From positions 248,001-312,000 of the forward strand of contig NW_027117348.1 in the NCBI RefSeq assembly GCF_038025025.1: a DNA stretch of 64,000 bases, written 5' to 3'. The DNA is from Phyllosticta citribraziliensis (lineage: Eukaryota). Both the position numbers and the translations under genes were made by a program. This document shows positions 24,545 through 37,218 of the stretch, one piece after another (within the stretch, counting starts at the first letter, position 1; each line of letters opens with the position of its first letter). A model generated the notes under the pieces. The model had not been told where the DNA came from. It made no database searches and was given only the letters and a program-made list of their open reading frames with translations.

Positions 24545-25629
24545 CTAACTCAACCACGCCTCGGTGATCCACTTCAGTTCGGTCTGCAACCACTCCTCCT
24601 CATAATCCACCTGCCCATCAAACCCATGCTCACCAGGCTGTAGGACCAGCTCGCACTTGGCGCCCTGTAACCGCCGCCACGCCTCGACGAACTTCCGGCT
24701 CCCCGCAGCCGGCACAATGGAATCCTGCTCGCCGTGCGCAATCAGCACGGGCGGTAGCTGCGCACCAGCGTTCGACGCGTCCTCCAGCAGCTCAAACGGA
24801 TACAGCTGCCTCGCCTCCGATCCCTGCAACTTGGCCTCCGGACTCCAGTCCTCGCCGCGCTCCAACCACTCGGCAAAGCGGCCGTTCTGGAAGACGGCAA
24901 TCATCAGGTCCAGCCGCTCCGGCGGCGCCACGTTGGTGACGACGCGCAGCGGGTCGCTTTTCGCGGCGGCCTCGAACTCGTCGACCAGGTCCTCGCCCAG
25001 GAACGGCACGCCCAGCATGGCCGCGTCCTCTGGCCGCGCCTTCTGCGAGAAGTGCGCGTCTTTGAGGTCCAGCATCGGGAACGTCAGGACGGCGGCGCGC
25101 AGGGCCTCCGGGGCGATGGAGCGCGTCAGCGAGTACATGACGTGCCAGGCGCCGGCCGACTCGCCCATCAGCAGCACGCGGGTCAGGTCGATCTCGACGG
25201 CCGCGCGCGGCGACAGCCACGCCCCCAGCGTCGTGTGGAACCAGAACCAAAAGTCGCGCACGTCGGCCAGCACGGCGGCGCCGCTGCTCTCGGGCATCAG
25301 CCGGTAGTCGGGCGCGATGATGATGGCGGAATGCTGTTTGGCGTACGCGAGCACCCACGGCGCGAACCACGGCGTGTAGAGGCGCGCGCCCGTCACCTCC
25401 GCGTGTCAGATGTGCCATCTTTCTGAAACAGGACGCAAGAGATGGCATGACATACCAGTCCGCCGCCGTGCCACCGCACAATGGTCGGGCGCGGCCCCGG
25501 CGCCGCGTCTCGGGGCACCAGAATCGACGTCTCGATGGGCTGGCCGTCGACCGTCTTGTACGCGACGTGGTGGACGTGGAAGTCGGCAAAGTGCTCGGCT
25601 TCGGGCGTGTTGTTTGCGAGGAGCGACAT
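24545..25629 (-). CDS. Alpha/beta hydrolase (HSL-like esterase)
   Basis: Exons 25629-25456 and 25396-24545. HGGGL oxyanion motif, APDYRL, GESAG nucleophile, HGEQDSIVP, EHGFD. TATATATA at ~25717-25726. Confidence 0.9.
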
Positions 25630-26803
25630 GGCGGGATCGGAGGAGGGTCCAGGGTCGTGACGAGCGTCGATGATGGTAGCTAGGACAGTAACTCGCCCGC
25701 GTCCTGGGACACCGGCTATATATATACGGTACAAATAATGTGCTCAGCGTAAGCGCAGTCGGATCCGACGCAACGAGGCCGCTGTCGACCGAGTACCGAC
25801 ACAAGGAACAATCCCCATACGTAAGCGCAAGCGATGTCGGCCGGGCGCAAAACGAGTCAGGGGGCTTGGCGCTTTGTCCGGGCGGGCCAGGGATGGGCCA
25901 GGTTGCAGGCGTTTCTGACGTCGGACTGGGACGAGGGCGAACGACTGGAGACCAGTTTGTTGGTGTTGTTGTTGGCGTGCTGTGCCTCTGGGGATCGGCC
26001 CTGGACGGATTGGCTTTTGGCTCGCGCTAGATGAAAGAGGCAGTTTATCGGTGCGTCGCTGCAACTTTATTTCGGCCCCGCATGTGTGCTGCTGGCGTTG
26101 GTCTGTCGTTGATATGGCGGCAGAGGTTGCGTAAACCAGGCGAGTCACTGGCGATACGCCGTGTTTGCATGCAAGGGCTGGCCGTGGAGATGGAGAGGGA
26201 AAAGGGGCAAACTGCGTTGAAATAGGGGCGAGACTCGAGCATCTTTTCAGCTACTCTCCTACCATCAACTCATACCATTCCCATCATTCTAAGCACATTT
26301 TTTCAGCGATGAAAAAGTCCTGAAGCATGGAACTCACCCCATTCAAATCTACCACGCCCATCCCCGCCGCCAGCAACATCCTCCCGAGGCACACCTGAAA
26401 CAGGCCGAACGCGGCCAACGCCACGGGCGCTTGGCTGCGGCCCGCAGCATGTCATGGCGGGCGGCTTGAAATTGCTTAATCTGTCTTCATATGTTGGTGC
26501 TTCACATGTCGATGTCGCGCAGATGGTGCCATGGCATTTTGATTGGCTGGTCGCGATTTGCGGTGGTCGAGGGCTGCTTTGCTTTGAAACATGTAAGTGC
26601 TGCAGTAGAAGTGATGGTTGAAAACGAAGTCATTGCTTTTGTGCTATACTCTCAAGGCTCTAGCTTCCATGCTCGACCCAAGTTTTTCAAAGACAAAACT
26701 CCACATCCACTACCCAGTCCTTGTTCCAGCAGCGCCACGCCAAAGAGCGTTCAAACCATCCTATCCACAGCCCGACAAAACCACACTCGACGCCGCAGCT
26801 CCC

Positions 26804-27934
26804 TCAAGACTTGGCCGTGCTGCTGGGGCGCGAGACTTCCATTTCCTCCGAATGCTTTGGTGACGCGGCAGTGCTGTTGCGGACGACTGCACGTCCCTGC
26901 TCCATGTCGAGGTCGATTTGGGGAGGGTCGACCGAGATCTCAGACTTTGTTGCTGAGCGGCAGCGAAGGGAACGGACAAGCTCTCGAAGGCGGCGCGCAG
27001 ACTTCAGTACGTCCGGGTAGAGCGACGGAATGTTTGTCACGATGACCGAAACATAGCTCTTCCTCGAGCGCCACATGTTGGCGGATATGTCAGTCATTGG
27101 GCCCTTCTGCAAGCGAATTTTGTCAGTTCAGGTATCGATGCGCATGGTTTGATGTTGACTTACCGTATGCAGTTTGTACAGCACAACGACCTCTAATCCG
27201 ACGACGACAAGGCCAAGCGAAAAGATGCTTGCGAGCAACATCCTGTGCTTGAACCTGACCTTCAAGTTCATGCGACGAACAAAGTCCAAAGCGACGCCGA
27301 AGAGGAGAATGTCCATTACGCTGTCCGAGACGTTGAGCAGGTACTGCGCACCGAGGGCTGCGGCCGGCTGGCAAGCGTCTTCGTCAAAGTCAGCATTAGA
27401 AACTTCAATGGAGCAAGTTGACTCACCACCAGGGTCCGGGTAGATCTGCCAGTTCCTCTGGAATGGCACGCATCTCAGATGGTGGTAGAGGAGCATTGCC
27501 ATCAAGGTGAGAGCCCAGAAGATGGTTGCCGCTTGCAGCTGGCGCCGCATGCCGTCGACCTTGCCCATCAGGCGCGCGAAGAAGAACAGGGCCGACAGCT
27601 TGAGCGTCCAGATGAAAGCGATCACGAGCTCCCATCCGACCATGACGACGATTGAGCCCAGCTTTGCCGCGTTGGCTCGCTCGCTCTCCAGGTGCAAGGC
27701 GAGGCGTTGTTCGTCTGTGAGTGCGGCGTTGGTGGTTCGAAAGTAGAACCCACCGAAGGCGAAGCAGCCGGCGGCGAGCCACCACAGGACGGTTGCTAGG
27801 ATCATGACCTTGTCGTCTACGGCGAGAGTATTCAGTGGGTTGAGAGCCAGAAGGAGGCGAAGGACGGTAGTGAGCGTGCCGATAATGAACGCGACGGTCG
27901 TCTCGATCAACACCTCAATCGGAAAGCCGTACAT
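26804..27934 (-). CDS. PTH11-like integral membrane protein (fungal rhodopsin domain, no CFEM)
   Basis: ATG 27934; introns 27426-27379 and 27163-27107. DD motif, WTLKLSALFFFARL, CVPFQRNWQIYPDPG-C, LNVSD, final helix VSVIVTNIPSLYP. Confidence 0.85.
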
Positions 27935-29465
27935 CTTGACAGCTGGAAGTAGCGACACCGGAAGAGAGGATTCTGGAAGAAGCAATGCGAGACGGCTTGA
28001 AAGCAAAGAGTGAAGGTGAAGAAAGGCGTCGGTTGGTCGTGATGGTTGTGTCGGCGGTGGAGGAGGAGAGGTGCAGAGTTGAGCAGACGCGCCGAAATAA
28101 AAGTCGCGTACTGGTGGTGGGCGGTGCGGTGCGGCCACAATATGGAAATCAGGCGCTGAATGGAACTGCTCACAGCGCATCACGTGTCCACAATGAACGG
28201 TGTTGATGCGCTGCCAAATTAACACTGCCGGAGTGTTAAGTCTGAGTTCTCGACAGTACCACCACGAGCATCTCTTCCTGATGAGCCTTGCAACGTTAAA
28301 AGGACCAGATTGGGTGAATCGCCATCTCCCCAAAAGATCAATTCCATCTACGCCTGTCTGAAGAAGTAAGATGTTAGCCATCATTGGCATGATTGAGAAT
28401 CTTGATCACCTTTTAGTCAGATTCTTGGAGTGGATCGATTGCAATCAATATACTCGAGTAGGAGTCCACGGCGTTTGTGAGGAAACAGTGACGTCTCTTT
28501 TAGTAGCCGCTAGCAGAGATTATCTGCGTGAATGGCTCTCGGTGCTGTGGAAACAGAGTCTCCCAGACTTTGAAGACAGTGCGCTGCCAACGCAAAGGCA
28601 GACGAGACGGCCTCTAGGAATTCTCAGGATATACGACCCAATCGATGCGAGCCGACGCAGGTGGTGGCGAGCGATTGCAGGTTTCGGCTTTTTCCACACA
28701 CCCAAGAGAGTGGCTTCAGTGAGTTGAATATACGATTTGGTGGTGAGCTGCCTGCGACGGAACGTCTCACACCATGTTTGAACACCATTCAGAGGTCATA
28801 CCGACAGCCTTTTGTAGGAAAGTTAGTGTTTGCTCCTGTCGACGACAAGCACTTTGGACGCCGTCTGGAAAAAGCCCTGATGGAGAGCAGAGACTGGGGC
28901 AATCCGCCTTGTTTTCAGGCAAATACTTGGACAGCTTGACCATCTAGATCCGACAATCCGAAGCAGATTTGGGGATCTCTCCAGCATCGCCATCAGTTTG
29001 AAGAAGCAAAGATCTCGCGTCCTGCTTGGAAAAGGTGTCGTCTACCGACGACGTCTACCGACGAAAAGGACTTTGACAACGTGGGATCCAGGACAGCTTC
29101 AGTACCTCGTTTCCGAAAGACAAGAACTGTCCAGGTGGACTCGAATACTGGAGAGATGAAAATAAGAGCGACTGACGTCTGTTGTTGATGCGGGGATCGG
29201 CCTTTGACCCTGGCAACCAAAGGAACGGGTCGCCCCACCCTTGGCCAAACTCAACACCAACGACCAGCCATCCATCACCATCCCCATCCAAGATAACGAC
29301 ACGCCACATCGATCTCATCTCCATGGGCCTATTCTTCCGATAGGTCTGCCCCGACTCGGCACGACCCGCGCGTCCATCACGTCAGCATGCCCTGCTCACT
29401 CCCGCCGCCCCCGCCGGTCGCGTAACTCGATCCGCCCTCCCCGACCATCTCCATCTCCGCCAGCC

Positions 29466-31794
29466 ATGAAGTCCGTCGCCATCATCGGCGCCGGTCCGTC
29501 CGGCCTCGTCGCCGCAAAGACGCTGCTCCACGCGTTCCCGAACAATGCGTTCCGCGTCACGGTGCTCGAGCGTAACAGCCGCGTCGGCGGCATGTGGGCC
29601 ATGGACAAGGGACAGCCCGGCGGCAAGGCCGACTCGCACATGCCGACCAATATCAGTCGCTTCAACGTTTGCTTCTCCGACCTCGCCTGGTCTTCTGTGT
29701 TCCCGGACGACGACGGTGACGGCGAGCTGCCCGTGTTTCCGCAGCTCTGGCGCGTGGGCAAATACTTGCAGGCGTACGCGGACAGGTATATCCCGCCGGA
29801 GGTGATACGACTGAATGCGGCTGTCAAGAGCACGGAATTGGTCCACAGCGAGGGGCGCGACAGGTGGAGGATTAGATGGGAGCAGTCGCAGCAGTTGGAC
29901 GGCACACCATCGGGGAGCTCAGGCTCGGGAGGAAGCAGTCCATCTCAAGAGTCCGTGGGCGAGGTCGAGGAAGAATTCGACTACCTCATCGCGGCCACGG
30001 GCTTCATGCATGACCCCAAGGAACACAATGTGGCGGTCCCCAGCGACATCCCACTCGCCGTCAAGCACAGCTCGACGTTTCGCGATCTGAACGACTTGGT
30101 CACCGAGAACTCGAATACAGGCAACTCGATCGTCGTGATAGGAGGCAGCATGTCCGGATGCGAAGCAGCAGCCAACGCCGCGCTCCAGATATCCAACTGC
30201 CAGAGCTCCCCGTCCTTCGCCGGCAAGGACTTCAGCGACTTCAAAGTCTACCACATCATGCCGCGGCAATTCTACATCCTCCCCTACTACCTCCCACCGC
30301 CGCCGCAGGAGGGAACTGGCTACGACCCTGCCCCGACCTTTGCTCCGTCCGACATGCGCATGTTCAACCTGTCCAAGCGGCCCCCTGGTCCCGTCTCGCC
30401 CAACACCGGATTGGACAGTCAGACGTCGGCCGCAAACAAGCACAAATGGCTCCAGGCACTGCTGGGTGGGAATCAGGCGGAGCTGGGATCACCAGCGATG
30501 ACGTTCTCCGAGTCCGACTTTGACGACTCGCCATACGTGGGCATCAGCGACAATTATGCCGAGTTTGTTCGGTCGGGACTCATCGTCCCCGTCCGCGGTA
30601 GGGCGAGGAGTGTTGAAGTGCAAGAAAAGGCTGAGGGCAGCAAGACCTACGTGATGAAGGTCGCAGGGGAAAAGGTGAGCCACCCATCCAACATCGAGAA
30701 CTTTGCTGACCGAGCAGGACATTATGATCCAAGACGTCGCCGGCGTCGTCCACGCCTCGGGCTTCTCGCCCAACGGATCCTTCTCCTGGCTCCCCAAGGA
30801 CGTCCGCGAAAAGATGGAGTGCGACGAACAATGCAACCGGCTGCCGCTGCTCCTCAACAGCCGCTGCGCGCTCCACAACGCCGTCCCCTCGCTCGGCATG
30901 ATCAGCTTCTACCAGGGCATCTTCTGGGGCGTCATGGAAATGCAGGCCTACCTCCTCGGCCGCAAGTGGGCAGACGACCAACACCCCAATCCCCCAGACC
31001 ACGCCTCCGAGGCCGAGCTCGCCGAGATGCGTGCCCTCCGCGCCGCCATCGTCAAAAACACCACCAACGTCCCGCAGTTCTGGCAGGGTGACTTTGTCGG
31101 CCTGATGGAGGAGTTTGCGCGCAACCTCGCCATCGACCGCAACGACACGGGCTTCGACGCCCGCGCCGGCCCCGTCTTCCCCGCGCGCTACACTCCCCCT
31201 GGCGCCGCCGCCGCCGAAGCCGCCAAAGCCATCGCCGACCACCACCGCATCTCACACGCCGTCGACCACGACGCGCGCTTCGTGGCGTGGGCCGCGTTCC
31301 GCGCGCTGCAGGGCCGCTGGCGCCTCACGCGCACGCTGGACTCCAAGCTCGCGGGCTTCCCCTCGGGCACCTTTTCCGGCACCGCCACCTTCCACCCGCG
31401 CTACCCCACCGACCCTGCCTTTGCGGCCGAGTACCTGTACGTCGAGGACGTGACGCTGGTCCTCGAGTCCGGCCACACGCTCGCCGCGTCGCGCCGCTAC
31501 GTGTACCGCTATGACCCCGCGCGCGACGCGCTCAGCGTGTGGTTTGTGCAGCCGGCCAACAACAAGGCGGCCGACTACCTGTTCTTTGAGATGGTGTTTG
31601 AGGCCCCTGACGAGAACGTCTCCGGCAAGAGGACCGGCTGGGTGGCCCACGGCGCGCATCCCTGCGAAGACGACTTTTACACCAGCCGTGTCGAGTTTCG
31701 CTTCCGAGGAGTTTATTTGGAGGGGTTTGGGGTGAGGTATGATGTCAAGGGTCCGCGGAAGGACTATGTTAGTGAGAATTGGTATCGGCGGTGA
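29466..31794 (+). CDS. Flavin-containing monooxygenase-like protein with C-terminal DUF6314-type domain
   Basis: MKSVAIIGAGPSGL, ERNSRVGGMW, FDYLIAATG, IVVIGGSMSG. Intron 30675-30717. C-terminal LQGRWRLTRTL...YLYVE...RRYVYRY...HPCEDDFY...VKGPRKDY. Confidence 0.9.
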
Positions 31795-31860
31795 TGCGGT
31801 GGATCTGGTCAAAGGTAGAGAGGGTTGTTGATAGAGATGGCTTTTGTGCGGTGATGGTAC

Positions 31861-32777
31861 TGTACTGCTGAATCAATCTCAAGACTGTCAATCCTTGAAT
31901 GCACGACAGACGTGCACATGATGGACGCACACATCAACTAGCAGCAAAATTTCAACATTTTTTCCGGTCTACTTTCCCCCTGAACTCCGTACCGTTGTCG
32001 AGGCGGGATCAGTGCGAATTGGTGGGAGATTCTTAGGGTCTAAAACACCCTGTGGTGCAGCTGGGACGTCTCGGATAGGGAAGATCAAATCGTAGCGGAA
32101 TTGGTCCCACCATTTGAAGGCTTTCTCTCTTGTGTCTAGTGCTCCTAAAGCGAGGAGGAGCTCATAGTACTGGTCTGGCGGGCGAGGATCCGGTGTGTCA
32201 AGCTACTCTGAGCTGTGAGTCTTTCCTAGTCTGTCTTTCCCCCTCCGCGGTGGACGTAGGCTTTGCAGTCGTACAGGCGGATGTGAGCCAAGTTTGGCTT
32301 CCTTCCAGTGGCCTTTTCGAATGGAGCCTTCCACTCGTGGCGTTGAGTTCGGCAGCGGTTGATGAGATACACTGCGGCCGCGCAGATTTCTTGCTGGAGA
32401 TTCTCTGGCAATTTGGCGTGCAAACGTAGGTACCGTGCCATCTGAACTATCACCGCCCTAGGTCTTTTAGCGCGGTCTTGGACGGACGTGTAGGGAGCTG
32501 TCATCTAGAGGTTGGTTTTGTTGTTGAGGACCATTAAACGGAACTCAAAGCCAGCCTCGCTCGGTGTGATTGATTGATTGATTGATTGGTCAGTCCAGTC
32601 GTCGCTTGGATTCAGCCATAAGCGGACCGACGCTGAAGCAGCCTCGCGCCTGATCTCAACAGGAGGTTTTGGCTTTGTCAGGGCGTCTGCAAGCGGATTT
32701 TCACTCTCGGCGTACACGTTTGTGACTCTGAGAGTGTTGTGTCCAATGTCAATCAAGGCTGTCCCGTGATACTTCAT
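31861..32777 (-). mobile_element. Ty1/copia LTR retrotransposon remnant
   Basis: Post-integrase motif LPENLQQEICAAAVYLINR...KAPFEKATGRKPNLAHIRLYDCKAYVH (32504-32226). RNase H C-terminus VYAESENPLADALTKP (~32720-32670). Polypurine tract GGGGGAAAGTAGACCGGAAAAAA directly before TGTTG at 31957. Confidence 0.8.
32567..32588. repeat. (TGAT)n microsatellite
   Basis: tgattgattgattgattgattg. Confidence 0.85.
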
Positions 32778-34419
32778 GGCCGCGGAGCCGATGGCCTAGT
32801 CGAAGTCCAGTGGGTTTTCCATCCTCTCTGGCGTCACAAATAGTCCATCGGACTTGACAAGGGTGTGTCAGGAGCCAGAGTCTCGAAGCGGTAAACGCTT
32901 GTCCGGGGAAGCAACTTTGTAAGGCTGGCGCGAAGCAGAAACTCCAGGCACTGCAGCAGGAGTCTGTTGTTTACCGCCGCGCTAAACCGTTTTCATGAGC
33001 TCCGGTTGCCAAAGGGAAGAACTCCTCTCTCGATTCGTCCGTAATACAAGCTCCACTATTTCTTTGTGTTCCTTGAGTGTGGTTGCCTTCTCTTTCCTTG
33101 CCTTTATTGAGGAATCTGCGTTGTACGAGGCGCAAGAGGCGGGAGGCAACAGGTCCAACGAGGAAGATTGCGTTTTCTTGGTCGTATATCTGAATTGGGA
33201 CAACACCATTAGCGAAAGTCCAGTTTCGAGGGAGATTGGGCATACGGGAAAGAAGAATTCTTTTGAGAAAGACCGTGTAGATATGAGGCTCCCGCGCCGG
33301 TCTTGTATTTGAGGCAGACATTTATTGCGACGGCGAAGGCGACGCCAGCGGGACGCAAATCGGCAGTGTATGTCAAGGAGCGTCGAAAAGTTCAGAAGCC
33401 CTGGCTCGACACATCATGACGACTCCTCGCTCGCATTGGCATCTTTCGAGTCGGGAGGACGGCGTGGCGTACTCGTCATCCTCGCGTCCCCGTACTGCAC
33501 TTTGTCGCTCCTCCACCGACCGCATCGACGAAAATTTGGTTCGATGTTCCGCAGCTGCTACGACTCGTCCCTCTCCGTTTCGACGTGAATGTGAATGGTA
33601 GTCAGCTCAACCACGCGTCGTGCAACAGGGAGGGGATACCACCTTCAATAGCCAGGCGCGTCGGTTTCGTGTAAACAACACTCCGAGGGCGCAGACAGAG
33701 AAGAAGCGACGGACGGCGGCTTGCAACCCCTTCATCCGCCGCCAAATCCTTGAACATGTGGCGATGAGGACAACGCGACAGCTCTCACTCCATGAAGCAT
33801 GAATAGTTGCAGAGAGCAGAGTGCACACAGAAAGGAAGTGAGTCCCGGCGAAATTCGGCCGCTTGGCGGGATGCCAAACTTTGAACACCGGCCGCTGACG
33901 CGACGCGACGCGTCCGTGACTCGCCGAAGCGTGACAGTGGCTGGGATGTTGCTTTTGAGTGCCAGAATTGTGCGGAAGATGGGGGAGTTTGGAGAACGTA
34001 GGGTGTCGGCAAAGATGGAACTCAGACCCTGCGGTGGTTTGCGATGAGGATTGCAATGAACAAACGCGATCGCTTGGACGTGTTCCTGAAGGGTCGTTTC
34101 CTTGTGACGAGAGCCAGCGAAGTGACAGGATTGCGCTGGAAATGTCAACATTGTCCCGAAGCTTCACGCGTCGCCGGCGCCGTTCTGTTGCGGCATGTCA
34201 AGCTGCCGCTCATGGTGGTTTGAAGTTGAGAAGTCAAGGGAACACGAAGACATATCTTTCCTGCGCACTACAAGTCCTCCACGACAAATTCAAATGCAGA
34301 AACGGAAACTCAAAAGGCACAGAACAGCAGCTTGGGGATCATATTGGATCTCAGTGTCTTCGGATGAATTTGAGTAAGAGCATAGCTATTGAGTAGACGG
34401 CTCCTTGAGTAGGAACATC

Positions 34420-35300
34420 GTCATGAAGTAGACAGAGCAGTGGTCCACACAGGAGCGCCAGTAAGAGGGCAGCCATTGAGTAGGCCAGTAGTTCAGAGTC
34501 CAGCGAAACCTTCGGCACTCCCACTCCTTCCGGGCGGTCAGAACGAACCTACTCAACGTAGAGAGGAGAACAGAAATCTCCGATGGGAGGCAGAGTCGGC
34601 AACGGGACAGTTTGGAGGGCGTATGGCTCTCCGTTGACCATGCCTGCACTTCCCCAGGAGACGCGTGAAGTGCGTCAGGTCGGCTTGCCGTTGTGCGATC
34701 GGTGAAGATGGCGAAGAGATCGCTTGCCGGACGGTCCCAGGAGAAGGAGGGATGGTATGGGCGGTAGGTGTAGTCCTGGCGATGGCGACAATCAATGCTT
34801 CCCCAACATTTAGTCCAATAAATCCGGTTGATTTCCCGCGTGGTCGGGTGCGGAAAAGCTCTTATGTCGACGACTACTAACACCATGCTGGGACAGAGGA
34901 CAAGGACCGGGGGGATCAGGCTTTGGCGGGTTTCGCAGTAAACCAGCCGCGTATCGCCTGATTCACGTGTGTCTTCTTTGGTGCCGTATAAAACGTGATA
35001 TGTACGAATGTGACAGAGCCAGAGGTTGGGAGAGTGATCAGGAGGGTAAGTTCATCCAAGTTTGCATGGGGAAGATCGCGGAGTGTCGGATACTCCTCCA
35101 TGAGTTCCCCATCGCTTTTTCGCCGTTGGTCACATTGAGCAGCATGGCTGCAACAATGAGACGCCACGGTTCCTGGTAGACCTCCTCCTGAATCAACCCG
35201 AAGGTTTCGGCTGTCGTTGCGCCGGTAGCAGGGCGGGCTGGTTTGACCGGCGAAAAGTGGCTGTTATGGTCCACTCCGAGTAGTCGATTCCCGCGTACAT
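34420..35300 (-). pseudogene. MBD4-like HhH-GPD DNA glycosylase pseudogene
   Basis: FGLIQEEVYQEPWRLIVAAMLLNVTNGEKA, frameshift near 35108, then ELMEEYPTLRDLPHANLDEL. Degenerate C-terminal KEW...DSELLAY...QWL split across frames. Confidence 0.75.
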
Positions 35301-36327
35301 GGAGGGCGGGTTTCGGCTTGGAATCGCAGCCGTCGTATCGGGTGCCGTGCGTGGCGTATATGAGTCCGGCTTCCTGGCACTGCAGCAGGAGTGTGCAGTA
35401 ACTTCCCAGCGGCGATTTTTTAGGCCATTGGCCCCCAAGTCGCGGGGCTTAAGTTAGTTAGCCGTCTTGCGAGCGTTGCGTGATGGAGATGGGATCAGCC
35501 CAAATCATGCCGCAACAAGGCCATCTCTACAGACGACCTGCCGCACCGGAGCGCTTTTCCACGGTTCACCAGCAGCAGCCCATGGGATTCCACCCGGCGC
35601 TCCTTACTGTGGCCGCCAATCCCGCTGCTAGGGCCTGAGGTCTCGTCTCTCCGCGTGGAGAAGGCTGAACTTAGCCCCTGCCAAGACTGACGCATATTCC
35701 GCCAATATATGAGGTACGTTGCACCTGCGGAGGCGGCTGCCGTGGTAAAGTCGGCGAGGTTTCCGCGTGCGTGATGAACGAATGGCCCAGATAGTCTGGG
35801 CGCGGTAACAAGGACGCTTTTTGATGCGTCTACAAGCATTGAAAGTGATGCTTCGGAATATATAACGGCTGGTGGAGTAAGGTTAGCATTCTTGTTGCAA
35901 AGAATGGATGGTTTTGGAGTACTCACAGTCTTCCCGCAGAAGACTACACAAAGCGCAGTATTTCAGATGCGCCAATAATACACATGGCACAGCAAAAGAC
36001 ACCGATCGAAGCGGCTCGCAAGCCAGAAATCGACGTTCGGCGTCGTTGCATGGTCTGAGGGAGAATATTAGCATCTTTTTGAGCAAGTACCAATTGCTAG
36101 ACACTCACGAGTATTCCACGCTGAGCCGATGCCAGTGCAGTGGCAAAGTTGAGCATAATTTGTTTTTGGTGTTTTGTGACTTTCCAGTCGTGGCGTCGTC
36201 ATTCGTCTGGGGATGGGCGTTAGCAGTTGGAACGAGAAGTATTGGACGTCTGAGAACTCACAAACCCCTAGACAGGACTTCCTCTCGTCCCTCTCCCACT
36301 TCTCGCCCTCCTCACCACACCCACCTC

Positions 36328-37218
36328 CTAATGCTCAGGCTCGTCCTTGATTTGAACGTCCTCGGCGCCCTGCACGCAGGGACTGAGTCGGTAAACAGGC
36401 TGCGAGGATTCGCGCTTGACGGAGACTTGAGCGGCTTCCTGAGCTTTTTCTGTACCCGCAGAGACGGTCGGCGATTTGTGTTGCTGGCGCGTCTCGTGCT
36501 GTCTGCGAGCATTGTTGTACGGATGGTGTCGCTGGTCGGTGCGGGTCGAGGCGATGCCGCCGCGGCCTCCGCGTCTGCTGGATGCGTTCCTTGGGCCGGT
36601 CGGGGTCACTGCAGTCGAGGCGATTCCGTCGCGGCGTTCGAGCTGTTCGATCTGAGCGACGAGGGCCTTGGCCGACTTGATGCCGCGCAGATTGTTGGAA
36701 GACTTGCGCAGCTTCTCCAGCAGCTCCGGCGAAAGGCGCAGCAGCCACTTGTCGATCTCCTCGCGCTCGCCGCCGTTGACGTCCCAGTCGCCGTTGATGT
36801 CGACGTAGCCCAGCTTCTTCTCGATGGCCTTGATGCCCTTCTTGAAGCTCCGGAACGACTCGCCGGGCTTCATGCGCTGGCCCCAGTAGCTCTTGGCCAG
36901 GTTGACGTGGTGCTCGAGCTGGACGCGGTGGACCTGGTCGAACAGCTGGTCGAGCGTCGTTAGACCTGTCTTCAAGTCGTTGGTCCTTTCGCCGAGGGTC
37001 GAGAGCAGCTCGGGTGGGAGACGGGAGAGCCACATGTCAATCTTTTGCTTCTCAGGCATGCTGGAGAATTTGTAGCCCAGCTTTGCTTCTAGAGCCCGGA
37101 CGCGCTCTTGAAAGTCGTCGAGCGACTCATCGTCGCCCATGCGAAGGGCCCAGTAATCATTGGAAAAAGACAGTCGAGAAGGTGCTGGGGAAATGTCCAT
37201 AAAAGGAGTCGACGACAT
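36328..37218 (-). CDS. Tandem Gag-capsid-CTD-like repeat protein, paralog A (intact, 296 aa)
   Basis: Two repeats YWALRMGDDESLDDFQERVRALEAKLGY...IDMWLSRLPPEL and YWGQRMKPGESFRSFKKGIKAIEKKLGY...IDKWLLRLSPEL. RGGRGG tail. TATAAA ~30 nt upstream of ATG 37218. Confidence 0.75.
   Translation of the reverse strand: MSSTPFMDISPAPSRLSFSNDYWALRMGDDESLDDFQERVRALEAKLGYKFSSMPEKQKIDMWLSRLPPELLSTLGERTNDLKTGLTTLDQLFDQVHRVQLEHHVNLAKSYWGQRMKPGESFRSFKKGIKAIEKKLGYVDINGDWDVNGGEREEIDKWLLRLSPELLEKLRKSSNNLRGIKSAKALVAQIEQLERRDGIASTAVTPTGPRNASSRRGGRGGIASTRTDQRHHPYNNARRQHETRQQHKSPTVSAGTEKAQEAAQVSVKRESSQPVYRLSPCVQGAEDVQIKDEPEH

Noticed and set aside
28219..28239. 8-bp inverted repeat TTAACACT-N5-AGTGTTAA
   Set aside because: Expected by chance in 64 kb; no supporting context.
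28371..29160. Protein-like frameshifted ORF fragments
   Set aside because: Possibly a relic, but no identifiable family.
32971..33321. 116-aa ATG ORF
   Set aside because: No motif or codon-bias support; cannot be distinguished from a chance ORF.
35908..36963. 351-aa plus-strand ORF
   Set aside because: Mostly antisense to paralog A; the same applies to 38372-39409 opposite paralog B.
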